Shown piece after piece: positions 29,906 through 40,021 of a DNA stretch of 64,000 bases (positions are counted from its first letter, which is position 1; the number at the start of each line of letters is the position of its first letter). The stretch covers positions 1 through 64,000 of the IMG/VR virus record IMGVR_UViG_3300012685_000001. One strand, written 5' to 3'. Origin of the DNA: a virus. Position numbers and translations under genes: made by a program. The notes below the pieces were generated by a model, which made no database searches, was not told where the DNA came from, and worked only from the letters and a program-made list of their open reading frames with translations.

Positions 29906-30790
29906 TTATCCGAGAATTCCGCGTTGTCTCGCTGCGTCATTTCTGGCAAGTCCCGATTCCTTACGGAACTCTGCGTACTCAGACATTGACATGTTATTAA
30001 TGTCTTCAGGTGTAAATGTCTTCTGACCCACAGCACCATCCAATGGTCCTAGGGCTGTAAATCCTGTAGGTGATACTCCACGCTGCTGAGCCATCTGCTG
30101 TTGTCTTGCTGCGGCAACTTCTGCTGCAATAGACTGAGTAGCTTCCTTTGCCTTTGCTATAGCGGTATCAATTTCTTCCTTGGAATTACCCTTGATAAAT
30201 CCGTGGAATTGAGGAGCGATATTCTCAACATTAGCTTGTAATTGTGAAGTAGTGTAATCTACAATCTCATTATATGCTCTTTCCTTGGCAGATAGAGCAC
30301 GTTCTTGTTCTCTCTCAAGTTGAAGAGTATTAAAGCGCTCTTCCCAAACATTATTAGTTTCCTGCAACTTCTTTTCAAGGAGTGCCTTTGCAGACATTTC
30401 CTCTTCCTTCTTAGCAGTTTCTGTTGCTAACTTTTCAGATTGCTTACGTTCGACTTCAGCAAGTTCCTGTGCCTTCTGATCCTGAATTTCTTGAAGTGTC
30501 TTCTGCGCGCCAGAGAACTGCGTCTTCAAAGATTCTATTTCAGTATAAAGCTTATCCTTTTCTTCCTTACGCGCCTTGGCAATATCTGCTTCAGTGAATA
30601 CTCTCTCACCTGTTGCACCATGCTGGAAGGCTGCTGGGGAAGCTGCTGGACTTTGAGCACCATTAGTAACTGGCTCTACTGATGTAGAACCTCCTTTGAT
30701 TGGATAGATAGGTGCGAACAAAACATTCTCGTTTGCACGACTCTTTCTCCAGCCTACAGGGTTGTTCTTAAAGGTATTTGGAATTGCCAT
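29906..30790 (-). CDS. Capsid scaffolding protein
   Basis: Coiled-coil, FTEADI.KAR.EEK.KLY and MSMSEYAEFR C-terminus; between portal and capsid. Confidence 0.8.
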   Translation of the reverse strand: MAIPNTFKNNPVGWRKSRANENVLFAPIYPIKGGSTSVEPVTNGAQSPAASPAAFQHGATGERVFTEADIAKARKEEKDKLYTEIESLKTQFSGAQKTLQEIQDQKAQELAEVERKQSEKLATETAKKEEEMSAKALLEKKLQETNNVWEERFNTLQLEREQERALSAKERAYNEIVDYTTSQLQANVENIAPQFHGFIKGNSKEEIDTAIAKAKEATQSIAAEVAAARQQQMAQQRGVSPTGFTALGPLDGAVGQKTFTPEDINNMSMSEYAEFRKESGLARNDAARQRGILG

Positions 30791-30861
30791 TTTCTTATCT
30801 CCTAGAATTTAACTTGGTGTTTTCCGAATATATCCCGAATGAATTTACTTAAATGTGTTCA

Positions 30862-32568
30862 TTAATCGTCGGTTGGAAGCTGTCTGGTTCCTAGTTTTGT
30901 ACCATAAGCATTAACTACAGTTTCACGAAGGGCGTTCATAGAAGCCACTCCATCTAATTCCTGCAAGTCAATCTTATTGATTGTTCCTGGACCACCAGAA
31001 GGAGGAACAGGATTTCCTTCAGCGTTCTGCTGAGCCTGTACAGGCTCAGAAGTTCCATCAGGTTGTGGAATCATTCCCGTAAGTTCCTGGATCACAGAAT
31101 CGATCTGAGTTCTTAGCATACGAAGAGCACCATCTCTAACTGCATCCTCGTGCAATTCATCAAAGATTTCCTGAAGCTTTTCATCTGGGAACTGCTCACC
31201 CAGATCTTTCAATGCTCCTCTACGAGATTCAAGATCCATATTCATCATGGCTCCAATCTCATTGAGCTTTACCAACTTGTCCACTGGAAGTGGTGAAGGC
31301 CAGTCGATATCACTGAAATAAACAAGAGGATCTGTCGGATCAATTACGAAAGGCTGACCTTCTTGAATAATTCCTTCTGTATCTGGATTATACAAGGTAG
31401 CTTCAGGTTCAAAAATAAATAAAGTTTTTAATGCCAACTCATTTATCTTTTGTAGTCCCTTACCATATTGTATCTTCTTTAGCTCAAACTTTTGCATAAG
31501 AGGTAAAAATTGCATAGCAAGAGCTACACCAGAAGTATTTGAAATAGCTTGACTTTGACCTAGAGCAGTCTCAGGAACACCAGTCATTTCATGCATAGCA
31601 ATCTTGAGCATATTCAAGGCATCAAGGGGACCTTCTAGTTCCACACCATTTTCAAGGTTATGGATAGTCACGTCCTTATTTCCAATGGACCACACGCGGT
31701 TGGTTCCCTTCTCAAGCTGAGAGGGCTTCGCACCGATAACAACAGTAATGGGAGCTGCGTGATAATTCACAATGTCAGCAATGTCAGTAGCAGTCTCATT
31801 GTACTGACGATTAAGACTGATCAGATTCTGCACATCAGACATTCCCCAAGGAGATCCGGAAGCAGGGTGGTTAGCAATATGCACGATAGGAATAACTCCT
31901 AGTGCATTAGGACGCTCATCAATCAACTCATCATTTACATACTCACGAATAATATCAGAGCGAATAAGTTCGGTGTAAGTATATACCGATCTAGTACCTT
32001 CTGTATTAGTTCCCCAGAAACGATACTTAAGTTTGAATTCTAAAAGTCTGTCCCTGTCATGAGGATGCCATGTAGGAAAACAATAAGCAGAGTTAAGAGG
32101 GAGGATACGTACTCGTCCAGCATGATTGTTGCTTGCTTCATCAACCCATGCAGATTCATAAGCCACCTTAACGAACGAATCTCCAGAGACACCCCCTTGC
32201 TGACCCATCTCCCAAGTAACGGCCTTCATGTTGTTATCCATCTGCCAAATTCTCTTCAGCAGTGCGGGAACAATGTGGTCGTACTCTTTGACAGTGTCAA
32301 AGGAAATGCCTCTGGAGAAACAGAAGCTATTTATATAGTCGGCAAAAGCCTGCACGTAATTGAAAGTAAGTTGTGGATCACCGAACTCACGACGAGTTCC
32401 CCAGTGATGACCTAGATACCATGCCCAGTATTCTGCATATCTATTAAGACGTGGACCATGCATTTCAAACTCTTCATCAGAAAGTTCGACCAGACCTAGT
32501 GGCGAAATCGCAATAGCTAGATCTGATGCTGCGGCTCTCATTGACGGAGAGTAGAAAGTCATTGACAT
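30862..32568 (-). CDS. Portal protein (SPP1 gp6-like)
   Basis: GDSFVKV, N.LG.IP.VH..N, WG.SD..LI.LN..YN, SG.AL motifs. Confidence 0.92.
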   Translation of the reverse strand: MSMTFYSPSMRAAASDLAIAISPLGLVELSDEEFEMHGPRLNRYAEYWAWYLGHHWGTRREFGDPQLTFNYVQAFADYINSFCFSRGISFDTVKEYDHIVPALLKRIWQMDNNMKAVTWEMGQQGGVSGDSFVKVAYESAWVDEASNNHAGRVRILPLNSAYCFPTWHPHDRDRLLEFKLKYRFWGTNTEGTRSVYTYTELIRSDIIREYVNDELIDERPNALGVIPIVHIANHPASGSPWGMSDVQNLISLNRQYNETATDIADIVNYHAAPITVVIGAKPSQLEKGTNRVWSIGNKDVTIHNLENGVELEGPLDALNMLKIAMHEMTGVPETALGQSQAISNTSGVALAMQFLPLMQKFELKKIQYGKGLQKINELALKTLFIFEPEATLYNPDTEGIIQEGQPFVIDPTDPLVYFSDIDWPSPLPVDKLVKLNEIGAMMNMDLESRRGALKDLGEQFPDEKLQEIFDELHEDAVRDGALRMLRTQIDSVIQELTGMIPQPDGTSEPVQAQQNAEGNPVPPSGGPGTINKIDLQELDGVASMNALRETVVNAYGTKLGTRQLPTDD

Positions 32569-32626
32569 TTAAGTACCTTATTCTTCGAATTAATATCTCT
32601 ATGCGTATAGGGTATCACAAACTTAG

Positions 32627-32959
32627 TTAATTCTGATCTCCAATAACAGTTATATAGATAACATGTCCTGCACCCACTGTTGTAATTCCTAAAAGACCTA
32701 ATACGGCAACAGTGGATTGATAGGCCACACCACCAACAGAAGTCGTGCTCAAGGAAGATACAGCAACTTGAATTGCGTTGGACAAGGTGTTATTAGTCGC
32801 TAAGGAACTAGCTTGTACGCCATGTACGTGAGTAAGACCTGCATTGGAAATGTCTACAGTGAATGTACCGTTTGACGCTGTGGTTGCTGTAGTGTGTACC
32901 AGCATTGGACTTTGCGTCAGGTTTCCAGATTCATCTTCTACAAAGAAATCAAAAGGCAT
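32627..32959 (-). CDS. Small putative virion protein
   Basis: T/S/V-rich ORF in cluster between terminase and portal. Confidence 0.55.
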   Translation of the reverse strand: MPFDFFVEDESGNLTQSPMLVHTTATTASNGTFTVDISNAGLTHVHGVQASSLATNNTLSNAIQVAVSSLSTTSVGGVAYQSTVAVLGLLGITTVGAGHVIYITVIGDQN

Positions 32960-32971
32960 GTTAACTCCATT

Positions 32972-35569
32972 TTAAGGGTTAGCGAATCTAGCTACTGTAA
33001 AGAACTGAGCTTGTCCAGTGTTATTAAGAGTAGTGGCATTCTTTACTGATGTGATATAACCAATAAGTGTTGCCTGACTACCAATAAGATCTGGATTAGG
33101 AAGGTAAACTTCCTGACCAATAGCAGCATTGGCAGCAGCTAGGTTGGAATATAAAACCTGTCCGTACTGGATAACAATCTGAGTTCCAGCAATACCTGTA
33201 GGAAGTAGCCATACTCTATGGATGGCTGCGTTGGCATTAGCCCCTAGAGCTGTAATAGTTCCACCAACATCATAGTTAGCTACATCAAGAGTAGTACGAG
33301 TAGCAGACTGTGAGTTAGTATTCTGCGTTACATATCTAAATGTAGCACTGCTCTCTACAGGGTTACCAACTAGATTAGGTGTCTGTACACCACCATTAGC
33401 ATAGTTATACCCTGCCGCAAGTTGCGTACCTACTGCCTTAGAGATATTTAAGTTAGCACCATTTGCAGAAACTCTATTCCCTGATACAGAGAAAGAGCCC
33501 ATATTTAGGAAGATACCCCATAGAGTATCTGTGTCATATGGCAGCAGAACAGGGGCGGATAGTACGTTGTACAAGTTACCTGTACCTGTGGTTCCCCATG
33601 TTGTCCCCAGAAGAATATTGGCTCTACGCTGGAGACCTGTTAGCGGAGTAGTCTGAGACAAAATAGTTCCAGAACTATTTGCATACCAGTAATTAACTGA
33701 CTGAGAAAGCTGTCCACCAGAAAGAGTGACTGTCTGAGCATTAATAGTTATTGGCGTAATTATAGGAACAGTAGGAGTGGTGTGATAATCAACCACATAA
33801 CCACTGGCAGCAGTGATATCGAAAGCATTCAAAATGCCACCATTTTGTGTCATTACTCCACCGGAATAAATACCAGAGCTAGCAAAGGTTGGCAAAATAT
33901 TCCATGCTGATGCTGAAGAAGATGTAGCTGTAGGACTACTACCATAAGCAGCTGTGCCTGTTATAGCTACTCCATTAATCTTTGCCACAGTTGGATTAGG
34001 TAATGTTCCTGAAAGATCTCCAGCTACTGTCGGATTCTGCCATGAAGCAGCAGAAGTTGAATTGGCAGAGATTATCTGACCAGATGCAGGAGTTCCTGTA
34101 ATGGTAATTCCATTAACCTTAGCTACTGTAGGAGCTGGATATGATCCTGAAAGATCTCCAGTAGCCAGACCATTCGGAGGTAAAGTTGTTGGTAGCTGTC
34201 CAAACGCAATAGCGTCAGTTGCCAGAGTTGCATTTGCAAGACTTGTGATCTTCTGACTTCCCATATTTACGGATGCTGTAGGAGCAGTCATTTGATCTAG
34301 TCTATTAGTGCGAACCACTGACTGAACATTTGCAGTATTGGACAGAGTAGGAGCTGGATATGTTCCAGTTAGATCTCCAGTGGCAGCACCATTAGGTGGC
34401 AGTGTTGCAGGGATCTGCCCGAATGCCGCGCTATCTGTAGCTGCTGTTCCATTAGCAAGAGAAGTTAATTTCTGGCTATTCATAGGTACTGAGGTAGTAG
34501 GAACATTGATCTGGTTCAGAGTGGGCATTGCGTGAATATGCCCTGCATCCGCTACAGAACCTACAGCACCTGCTGACTGTGTTCCCAAAGGCGCTATATT
34601 GCCTCCTGTGGAATTAATATTCGCAGTGGCAGAGTTTCCTAGGGCAAGAGTTGTTCGTGCCCCAGCGGCCGTTGTAGCGGCTACTCCACCCTGTGCCAAC
34701 GGTAATGGTGAAACTAGATGAGTAGCTATAACTGTAGGAAGTACCGCAGTTCCACCTAAGTCATTAGCCAACTCAACAACACCTTGGATAGAAGTGGTAG
34801 CTGGAGGCAGATTGCTTGGGTCAACCGGAGTTGCCAGACTAATGGTATTTCCTGCAAGGCCTAAACCTATACCAACATTAATCAATCCAGGAGATGTGAA
34901 CTGGGTCCAATTGACTGCTGTAGTTCCTACAACATACGGAGGAGTTCCGACTACTACCCAACCAGAACCGGTATTCGTTGTTCCGTGATTAATAAATGCC
35001 GCAGCCGCAGAAAATTCTGCCGCCTGATCCATATCAGTGGCACGAGTAAGAATATAAGCAATACCTACAGTTCCTAGGGTGGTCAAAGTATAGATACCAT
35101 TATTGGCTGGCAGTACTTCATTTTTAACCATAATTCGGTCGTTTAATAAAACAGTATAGCCATCAATAATAAGAGCACCCAAAGTTGTAGCAGTAAGGGT
35201 AGCTCCTACACCCAATGTGCCATTGGCATATGTGTTAGTTGGAAGAGCTACAGTTGTTCCTACAGCTACAGAGTTCTTTACTGCTATACCAGCGGAGATA
35301 CCATCAGCATATCCTTTAGAAGCAGCATCTCCGCTACTACTAGGAGTAGGTACAATAACGCGGTCAGTAAAAGTTTTAATCCCAGAAACATTCTGATCAG
35401 TTGTCAGATCTACATAATTTTGTGTAATGCTACCTGTTCCACCCTGTAAAACAGGTAGTGGGGCAGTTAGATTTGTAGACTTAACTGTTGGTGAGGGATA
35501 AGCACCTACAAGATCACCACTTGCAGAACCTGTAGGACTACCTCCGCCAAAACTACCTCTGGTAGACAT
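32972..35569 (-). CDS. Large fibre-like virion protein with internal GDL-x-G-x-YP-x-PTV repeats
   Basis: Start at TAATG overlap; five repeat copies, LP.LQGG motifs, DRIMVKN...NGIY..LTRA.D head-decoration-like segment. Confidence 0.7.
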   Translation of the reverse strand: MSTRGSFGGGSPTGSASGDLVGAYPSPTVKSTNLTAPLPVLQGGTGSITQNYVDLTTDQNVSGIKTFTDRVIVPTPSSSGDAASKGYADGISAGIAVKNSVAVGTTVALPTNTYANGTLGVGATLTATTLGALIIDGYTVLLNDRIMVKNEVLPANNGIYTLTTLGTVGIAYILTRATDMDQAAEFSAAAAFINHGTTNTGSGWVVVGTPPYVVGTTAVNWTQFTSPGLINVGIGLGLAGNTISLATPVDPSNLPPATTSIQGVVELANDLGGTAVLPTVIATHLVSPLPLAQGGVAATTAAGARTTLALGNSATANINSTGGNIAPLGTQSAGAVGSVADAGHIHAMPTLNQINVPTTSVPMNSQKLTSLANGTAATDSAAFGQIPATLPPNGAATGDLTGTYPAPTLSNTANVQSVVRTNRLDQMTAPTASVNMGSQKITSLANATLATDAIAFGQLPTTLPPNGLATGDLSGSYPAPTVAKVNGITITGTPASGQIISANSTSAASWQNPTVAGDLSGTLPNPTVAKINGVAITGTAAYGSSPTATSSSASAWNILPTFASSGIYSGGVMTQNGGILNAFDITAASGYVVDYHTTPTVPIITPITINAQTVTLSGGQLSQSVNYWYANSSGTILSQTTPLTGLQRRANILLGTTWGTTGTGNLYNVLSAPVLLPYDTDTLWGIFLNMGSFSVSGNRVSANGANLNISKAVGTQLAAGYNYANGGVQTPNLVGNPVESSATFRYVTQNTNSQSATRTTLDVANYDVGGTITALGANANAAIHRVWLLPTGIAGTQIVIQYGQVLYSNLAAANAAIGQEVYLPNPDLIGSQATLIGYITSVKNATTLNNTGQAQFFTVARFANP

Positions 35570-35868
35570 TAGACACCAGCTTGAATTGTAAATGTACAAG
35601 CTGTTGCTGTAAGAAGTCTTACTTCGGTATTTGATGTAATCCCAGTCGCAATCTCCGGTGGAAGTTTAGGATTATTAACAGCGATAAAACTTTGTGCTGG
35701 AACGAAGAAGCATTCGTCTCCACCAATTGTTGGATCTACTCCGTCAAAACGAGCCCACATATCTGCGGAACCACGGTTGACTACTTCGATAGGTCTATAC
35801 CACGATGTAAACGTAACTGTAGTAACGACATTACTCACAGTAGTTCCACTGGTGATGTGAATAGCCAT
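35569..35868 (-). CDS. Small beta-rich protein, paralog 1
   Basis: SGT..VVT.V.F..I.VVNRG..DMW.RFDG..P motif. Confidence 0.65.
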   Translation of the reverse strand: MAIHITSGTTVSNVVTTVTFTSWYRPIEVVNRGSADMWARFDGVDPTIGGDECFFVPAQSFIAVNNPKLPPEIATGITSNTEVRLLTATACTFTIQAGV

Positions 35869-35946
35869 AAGGCTCTCCCAAAATTGTGGGGGATGGATAG
35901 AGGAGAGTCCAAATAATGGGTCTAATTAATTTCTGATAGTTTCTCG

Positions 35947-36249
35947 TTAAGAACAATATATCGTGAAAGGAACAGCAGTATCAGAAATAAGTTGAATACT
36001 GGTTCCGCTAATCACGCGAGTAATGGGTTCTTGTGTCAGAATCCCATTAGGAAAAGTCATAGCCTGTCCTGGAAGAACAGGAAGATTGTCATCAGCAAGA
36101 ATTACTGGAGCTGTTCCATCCGTACGTAACCAGATTGTTCCAGTAGTTCCACGATGTATAACAGTAATATTTGCAAAATACTGTGGAAAATCAACAGGTG
36201 TTGCTGTATCTATAACCAAAGTACCCGAGTGCGCTCTGCTCGCAGCCAT
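35947..36249 (-). CDS. Small beta-rich protein, paralog 2
   Basis: SGTLV..AT.V.F..I.V.HRG...IW.RTDG..P motif. Confidence 0.65.
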   Translation of the reverse strand: MAASRAHSGTLVIDTATPVDFPQYFANITVIHRGTTGTIWLRTDGTAPVILADDNLPVLPGQAMTFPNGILTQEPITRVISGTSIQLISDTAVPFTIYCS

Positions 36250-36449
36250 ACTATTCCTATCTCATATCGACTACTGAAGCAGTCTGGTCTACTGGATACT
36301 GTTCTTGGATATCACTGATTGATGGTAGTTTTCCACCACTGTATTGAAAATTATGTCCGGAGATACCAGTTATTAGCTCAACTGGCTCTCCGGACAATTC
36401 AGTATAAGCAGCTTTACGTCTGTCATAGAAGACTGTCACTGCTTACTCC

Positions 36450-36839
36450 TTAACTATAAACTGGAAGTGTTCCAGGATCTTCAGCCAGATCGACACTGAA
36501 CGGAGCAGCTAGATCAGAAATTACAGAAACCTTTGATCCATAAGCAGTAAATGCTGTGGAAGCAGAAGGATCTGTAGCTAGAGGAGTAGTTGTAGAAAGG
36601 GCAGGGCGAGGGAAGTTGTTCTTAACTGCAACACTCACAGAACCACTGGCAGGAATTCTTACAGAAGCTGTGTCGTTACCATTAACGGTAGCAGTTGTTC
36701 CATCAGTAGTTACAGAAAGAGTTCCAGCCACGGTGCTAGGAGCGGTAGCAGTAACAATAATATACTTCTCCCAGCCAGTTAAAACAGCAGGAGTAGCTGT
36801 GCTGGCTACTAGGGTTCCGCCAATTGCGTGTACGGCCAT
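36450..36839 (-). CDS. Small beta-rich protein, paralog 3
   Basis: GGTLV.STATP..I.V..TTDG..ISD.A.PFSV motif. Confidence 0.65.
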   Translation of the reverse strand: MAVHAIGGTLVASTATPAVLTGWEKYIIVTATAPSTVAGTLSVTTDGTTATVNGNDTASVRIPASGSVSVAVKNNFPRPALSTTTPLATDPSASTAFTAYGSKVSVISDLAAPFSVDLAEDPGTLPVYS

Positions 36840-36871
36840 AATTCACGTCCAAAATAATAAAGGGATAGTTA

Positions 36872-37144
36872 TTAAGAGATGGCCTTATCCACTGCGTCAT
36901 CAGCAGCATCAACAGCCTGTACCGCTACGTCTACATCAGAACGTAGGGTATCTGCAATAGCTTCTACATGAGAAGCAGCAGCATGAATGTCAGTAGAGAT
37001 AGCATGCTTTAGACCATCAGCTACCTGAGCTTGATGAACTCTATTGAATACTGCCTCCAACTTTAGAACAAGTGCGTGAAGATCTCCTTCAGCCTTATCC
37101 TTCAAGGCAGTAAACTTTGCCTCTAGTTCGTTAACAAAAGTCAT
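36872..37144 (-). CDS. Hypothetical helical protein
   Basis: Ala/Asp-rich ORF with AAGGA RBS. Confidence 0.65.
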   Translation of the reverse strand: MTFVNELEAKFTALKDKAEGDLHALVLKLEAVFNRVHQAQVADGLKHAISTDIHAAASHVEAIADTLRSDVDVAVQAVDAADDAVDKAIS

Positions 37145-37153
37145 TTTAATTCC

Positions 37154-37360
37154 TTAGTGTCTAGCCACAGCGGCATTAAACCACATGACTGTTTGATCCA
37201 AATTAGTAAGAGCCAATGACTTCTCTCGGCTTTCAGGAGCATTCTCATCCATCCATAATGCCAATTCTAAAGCCTTGGCTCGCATCGCTTCATAAGTAGC
37301 TGCGGTTATCGAAGTCGATGGATGAAAAGTAAATCTGTTCCATAAATCTGCGTGATCCAT
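37154..37360 (-). CDS. Acb2/Tad1-like helical-hairpin protein (putative immune-signal sponge)
   Basis: RF.FH..YE.MR..A.ELA..AP.SREKSLA.T.L...VMW.NAA.AR resembles the Acb2/Tad1 hairpin family; AAGGA RBS. Confidence 0.65.
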   Translation of the reverse strand: MDHADLWNRFTFHPSTSITAATYEAMRAKALELALWMDENAPESREKSLALTNLDQTVMWFNAAVARH

Positions 37361-37382
37361 TTAATATTCCTTTATAAATTTC

Positions 37383-37820
37383 TTAGTCCGTAATTACAGC
37401 TGCATGTAGTCTTTCATAACGTCCACCACTACGATTTACTTCTTCAAATCTACGTGCGGAAGTAGCATCTACATGTACTCCGTGCATAAACTCTCCAGTC
37501 ATACTTGCAGAATCCAGCCAAGCGGCAGAACCAACATGTGCACGAGCTGCCATTGTTTCCTCTGCTGTCTTGATAAACACAGGCTTATTGTGATTAGGAC
37601 GTCCAGGTGCAGTTACATAACCCTGCATAGCTCCAAGTTGGAAACCACTAGGAACGTCAGTATCTGTCGCCAGACCTTCCTCAAAGCGCAAAGGTCCACG
37701 ACGCTCTGAATTAGTTGCACTCTTGGCTTCGTAATTAACTGCGCCACGATCTCTTTCTGGGAAAGTAGGATTTGGGGCAAGTTGAACGTTGCTTCCTGCT
37801 TCCTTATACATATCTGCCAT
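37383..37820 (-). CDS. Hypothetical protein downstream of terminase
   Basis: 145-aa ORF with AAGGA RBS. Confidence 0.7.
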   Translation of the reverse strand: MADMYKEAGSNVQLAPNPTFPERDRGAVNYEAKSATNSERRGPLRFEEGLATDTDVPSGFQLGAMQGYVTAPGRPNHNKPVFIKTAEETMAARAHVGSAAWLDSASMTGEFMHGVHVDATSARRFEEVNRSGGRYERLHAAVITD

Positions 37821-37866
37821 ATTAATTTCCTTAAGTTAAAACACTAGTGTTAATTAATGATATCAG

Positions 37867-39453
37867 TTAAGAACGCTTTCTATCATAGAACGGATTGTTC
37901 GAGATCTCCACTTCCTCAGTCTTATTCTCAGGAATAACGCTCAAAGCAATAGCCAAAGAATCACAGTAGTCGTCATGAGCATTGACTTCCTTTGGTGCTT
38001 CCGCCAACATATATGGTCCTTCGAACTTCACCTGTAAATCAGACATCTGCTGAATGAAGTTCCTATATGTACGCAAATTCTTAGTCTTGGCATGAGAAGG
38101 CCATCCAATGCGCCCTCTGTCCAACATCTCTCTGAGGTATTTCCATCTGTCAGACTGAGCTGGTCTCTGAGAAGATACATCTACTACTTCTATATGTGGT
38201 AATAGCACTCTAAGTCTGGAGATAAAGATATCTCCCATTCCTCCTGCGTCTACTCCAATGGCCCAAACATTATATTTGGATACAAACTCAACAATTCTAT
38301 GATACTGGGATTCCCAGTCCATACCTTGTAGGTCCAACCAGTTCAATACACGACAATTATAATAACCGTATTCATCTTGATGATCCCAGTCCACAAATAC
38401 GGCAGTAACAATAGTACTGTCGATCTTACGTGCAGGATCAATACCAATAATAATAGGAGAAGTGTAATAAGACTTAACCACCTGCATTGATTTGTCCCCA
38501 AGCTCGTCAAGACGCTCAGAGGTTGTAAACATTCCTTGTTCCAGTAGCCATAGCAGACGATAAGAAAGCTTGAACTCATCAGAGTCGTAGCCCATACGAA
38601 GCATGTCTCCAGCTACAGCCTTCTCGTATCTCTTGTTCCACTTTGAAACTTCTCTGTAATCGGCTTCAAAATGATTAGTACGAGCACCACGCTTTGTAGC
38701 ATTACGCTTGTTGTGCTGAATCTCTCTATAAAAAACTCCCTTTTCATATGTAGGAGTTCCAGTCATACAGAAAGTACCATTGGTAGAAGCAAGCATTGGG
38801 CGAATAGACTTGTCTACTACCTTTTGATCAGCTACCTGAGACTCATCTAGAAGGGCAATATGATATGTCTTACCTTCAATATTGGCGCGAGGGTGAGCAG
38901 TTTGCCTTCTTACTAAAGAACCACAGCGTTCCAGCCGCATTTCTGAGCCACGCCCTCTTACCTTCTCATCAATAGAGGAATCAGAAAGAATCTCTTTCGC
39001 TCTCTCAGATTCAAACATAGAAACAATACGAGAATAAAGAGTTTTGGCCATGTCATCTACAGGGGCAAAAGCACCAACCCAGACACCTTCCTTGAAGTCT
39101 TCCAACAGTTCGCTGAACTGAGGAACCTTTGCAAGGCGGGGAAGCATAATCATAAGAGTAGCTACTGTTACTGCTACCGTTTCAGTCTTTCCAGACTGAC
39201 GGGAAAATAGGGCTGTTACAGTAGCTCCGTCATTAATAACGACAGATTCCATAAGTCTGGCGGCAAAAGGTCTCTGATACCCATAAAGAGGATGCCCGGA
39301 CAGTTCGTCTGCGAAAAGTAATAATCCTTCTACAAGTTTATCGACGAAGGCTTGAGATCTAGGATCAAGATCAATAGTGATTTTCTGGTGTGCTTCAAGC
39401 TCTTCTGCGGTTAATTCATCTAAATCGATATCAGTTTCCATATTATTCTCCAA
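37867..39453 (-). CDS. terL: Terminase large subunit
   Basis: LYGYQ, SRQSGKT Walker A, LLDE Walker B, TGTP, GIDPA nuclease Asp, HDDYCDS. Confidence 0.95.
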   Translation of the reverse strand: MENNMETDIDLDELTAEELEAHQKITIDLDPRSQAFVDKLVEGLLLFADELSGHPLYGYQRPFAARLMESVVINDGATVTALFSRQSGKTETVAVTVATLMIMLPRLAKVPQFSELLEDFKEGVWVGAFAPVDDMAKTLYSRIVSMFESERAKEILSDSSIDEKVRGRGSEMRLERCGSLVRRQTAHPRANIEGKTYHIALLDESQVADQKVVDKSIRPMLASTNGTFCMTGTPTYEKGVFYREIQHNKRNATKRGARTNHFEADYREVSKWNKRYEKAVAGDMLRMGYDSDEFKLSYRLLWLLEQGMFTTSERLDELGDKSMQVVKSYYTSPIIIGIDPARKIDSTIVTAVFVDWDHQDEYGYYNCRVLNWLDLQGMDWESQYHRIVEFVSKYNVWAIGVDAGGMGDIFISRLRVLLPHIEVVDVSSQRPAQSDRWKYLREMLDRGRIGWPSHAKTKNLRTYRNFIQQMSDLQVKFEGPYMLAEAPKEVNAHDDYCDSLAIALSVIPENKTEEVEISNNPFYDRKRS

Positions 39454-39483
39454 ATTAATCTCAATAAATCTATTGTACCTGAG

Positions 39484-39512
39484 TTGACAGTGAGCACTAC
39501 ACCTTCTAGACT
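39484..39512 (+). promoter_or_regulatory. Sigma70/HrdB-type promoter of the antisense-oriented gene
   Basis: TTGACA-17 nt-TAGACT upstream of AAGGAG RBS. Confidence 0.7.
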
Positions 39513-39543
39513 TCCCGTATCACCCACTATCAAGGAGAACATC

Positions 39544-39774
39544 ATGGACAACAACCCATTTGACAACATGCAATCGCAGCATCACGGTTCTGAATTCGTT
39601 CGAATAGCAGCTGCTACATTTGTTGGGGCATGGATTGGATCTCGTCTGGACAACACACAATTCGGCCGATGGTTCAATACAAGCAAGTTCATAGGTCTAC
39701 TATTCAAAATAATTGGTATATACGTTCTGTACCTTGCTGGTGTATTTATTTACGAACTGATCAAGATTTGGTGA
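39544..39774 (+). CDS. Small membrane protein on opposite strand (moron-like)
   Basis: AAGGAGAACATC-ATG start; two hydrophobic helices; own promoter. Confidence 0.7.
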   Translation: MDNNPFDNMQSQHHGSEFVRIAAATFVGAWIGSRLDNTQFGRWFNTSKFIGLLFKIIGIYVLYLAGVFIYELIKIW

Positions 39775-40021
39775 TTCTTTCTTCTATGACTTGCATAGCA
39801 GCAAGAAGAGATGTAGCTCCTATCCTTATATCTTCTATATTAATGAGAGCCTGATCCTTTCCACTAGGGGTCAGGCTCTTTCTCATTTCTGAAACATTCT
39901 GACCCAGGGCAGTATGAATATTATCCACCCAACGAATTAACTCTGTATCTGATGTCTTGCGTAGTCTATTGAGTAACCTTGTTCTTATCTTCTCATCAGG
40001 TTTCATACTTCTATTGAACAT
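39761..40021 (-). CDS. Hypothetical protein
   Basis: ORF coupled by TAATG. Confidence 0.65.
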   Translation of the reverse strand: MFNRSMKPDEKIRTRLLNRLRKTSDTELIRWVDNIHTALGQNVSEMRKSLTPSGKDQALINIEDIRIGATSLLAAMQVIEERITKS

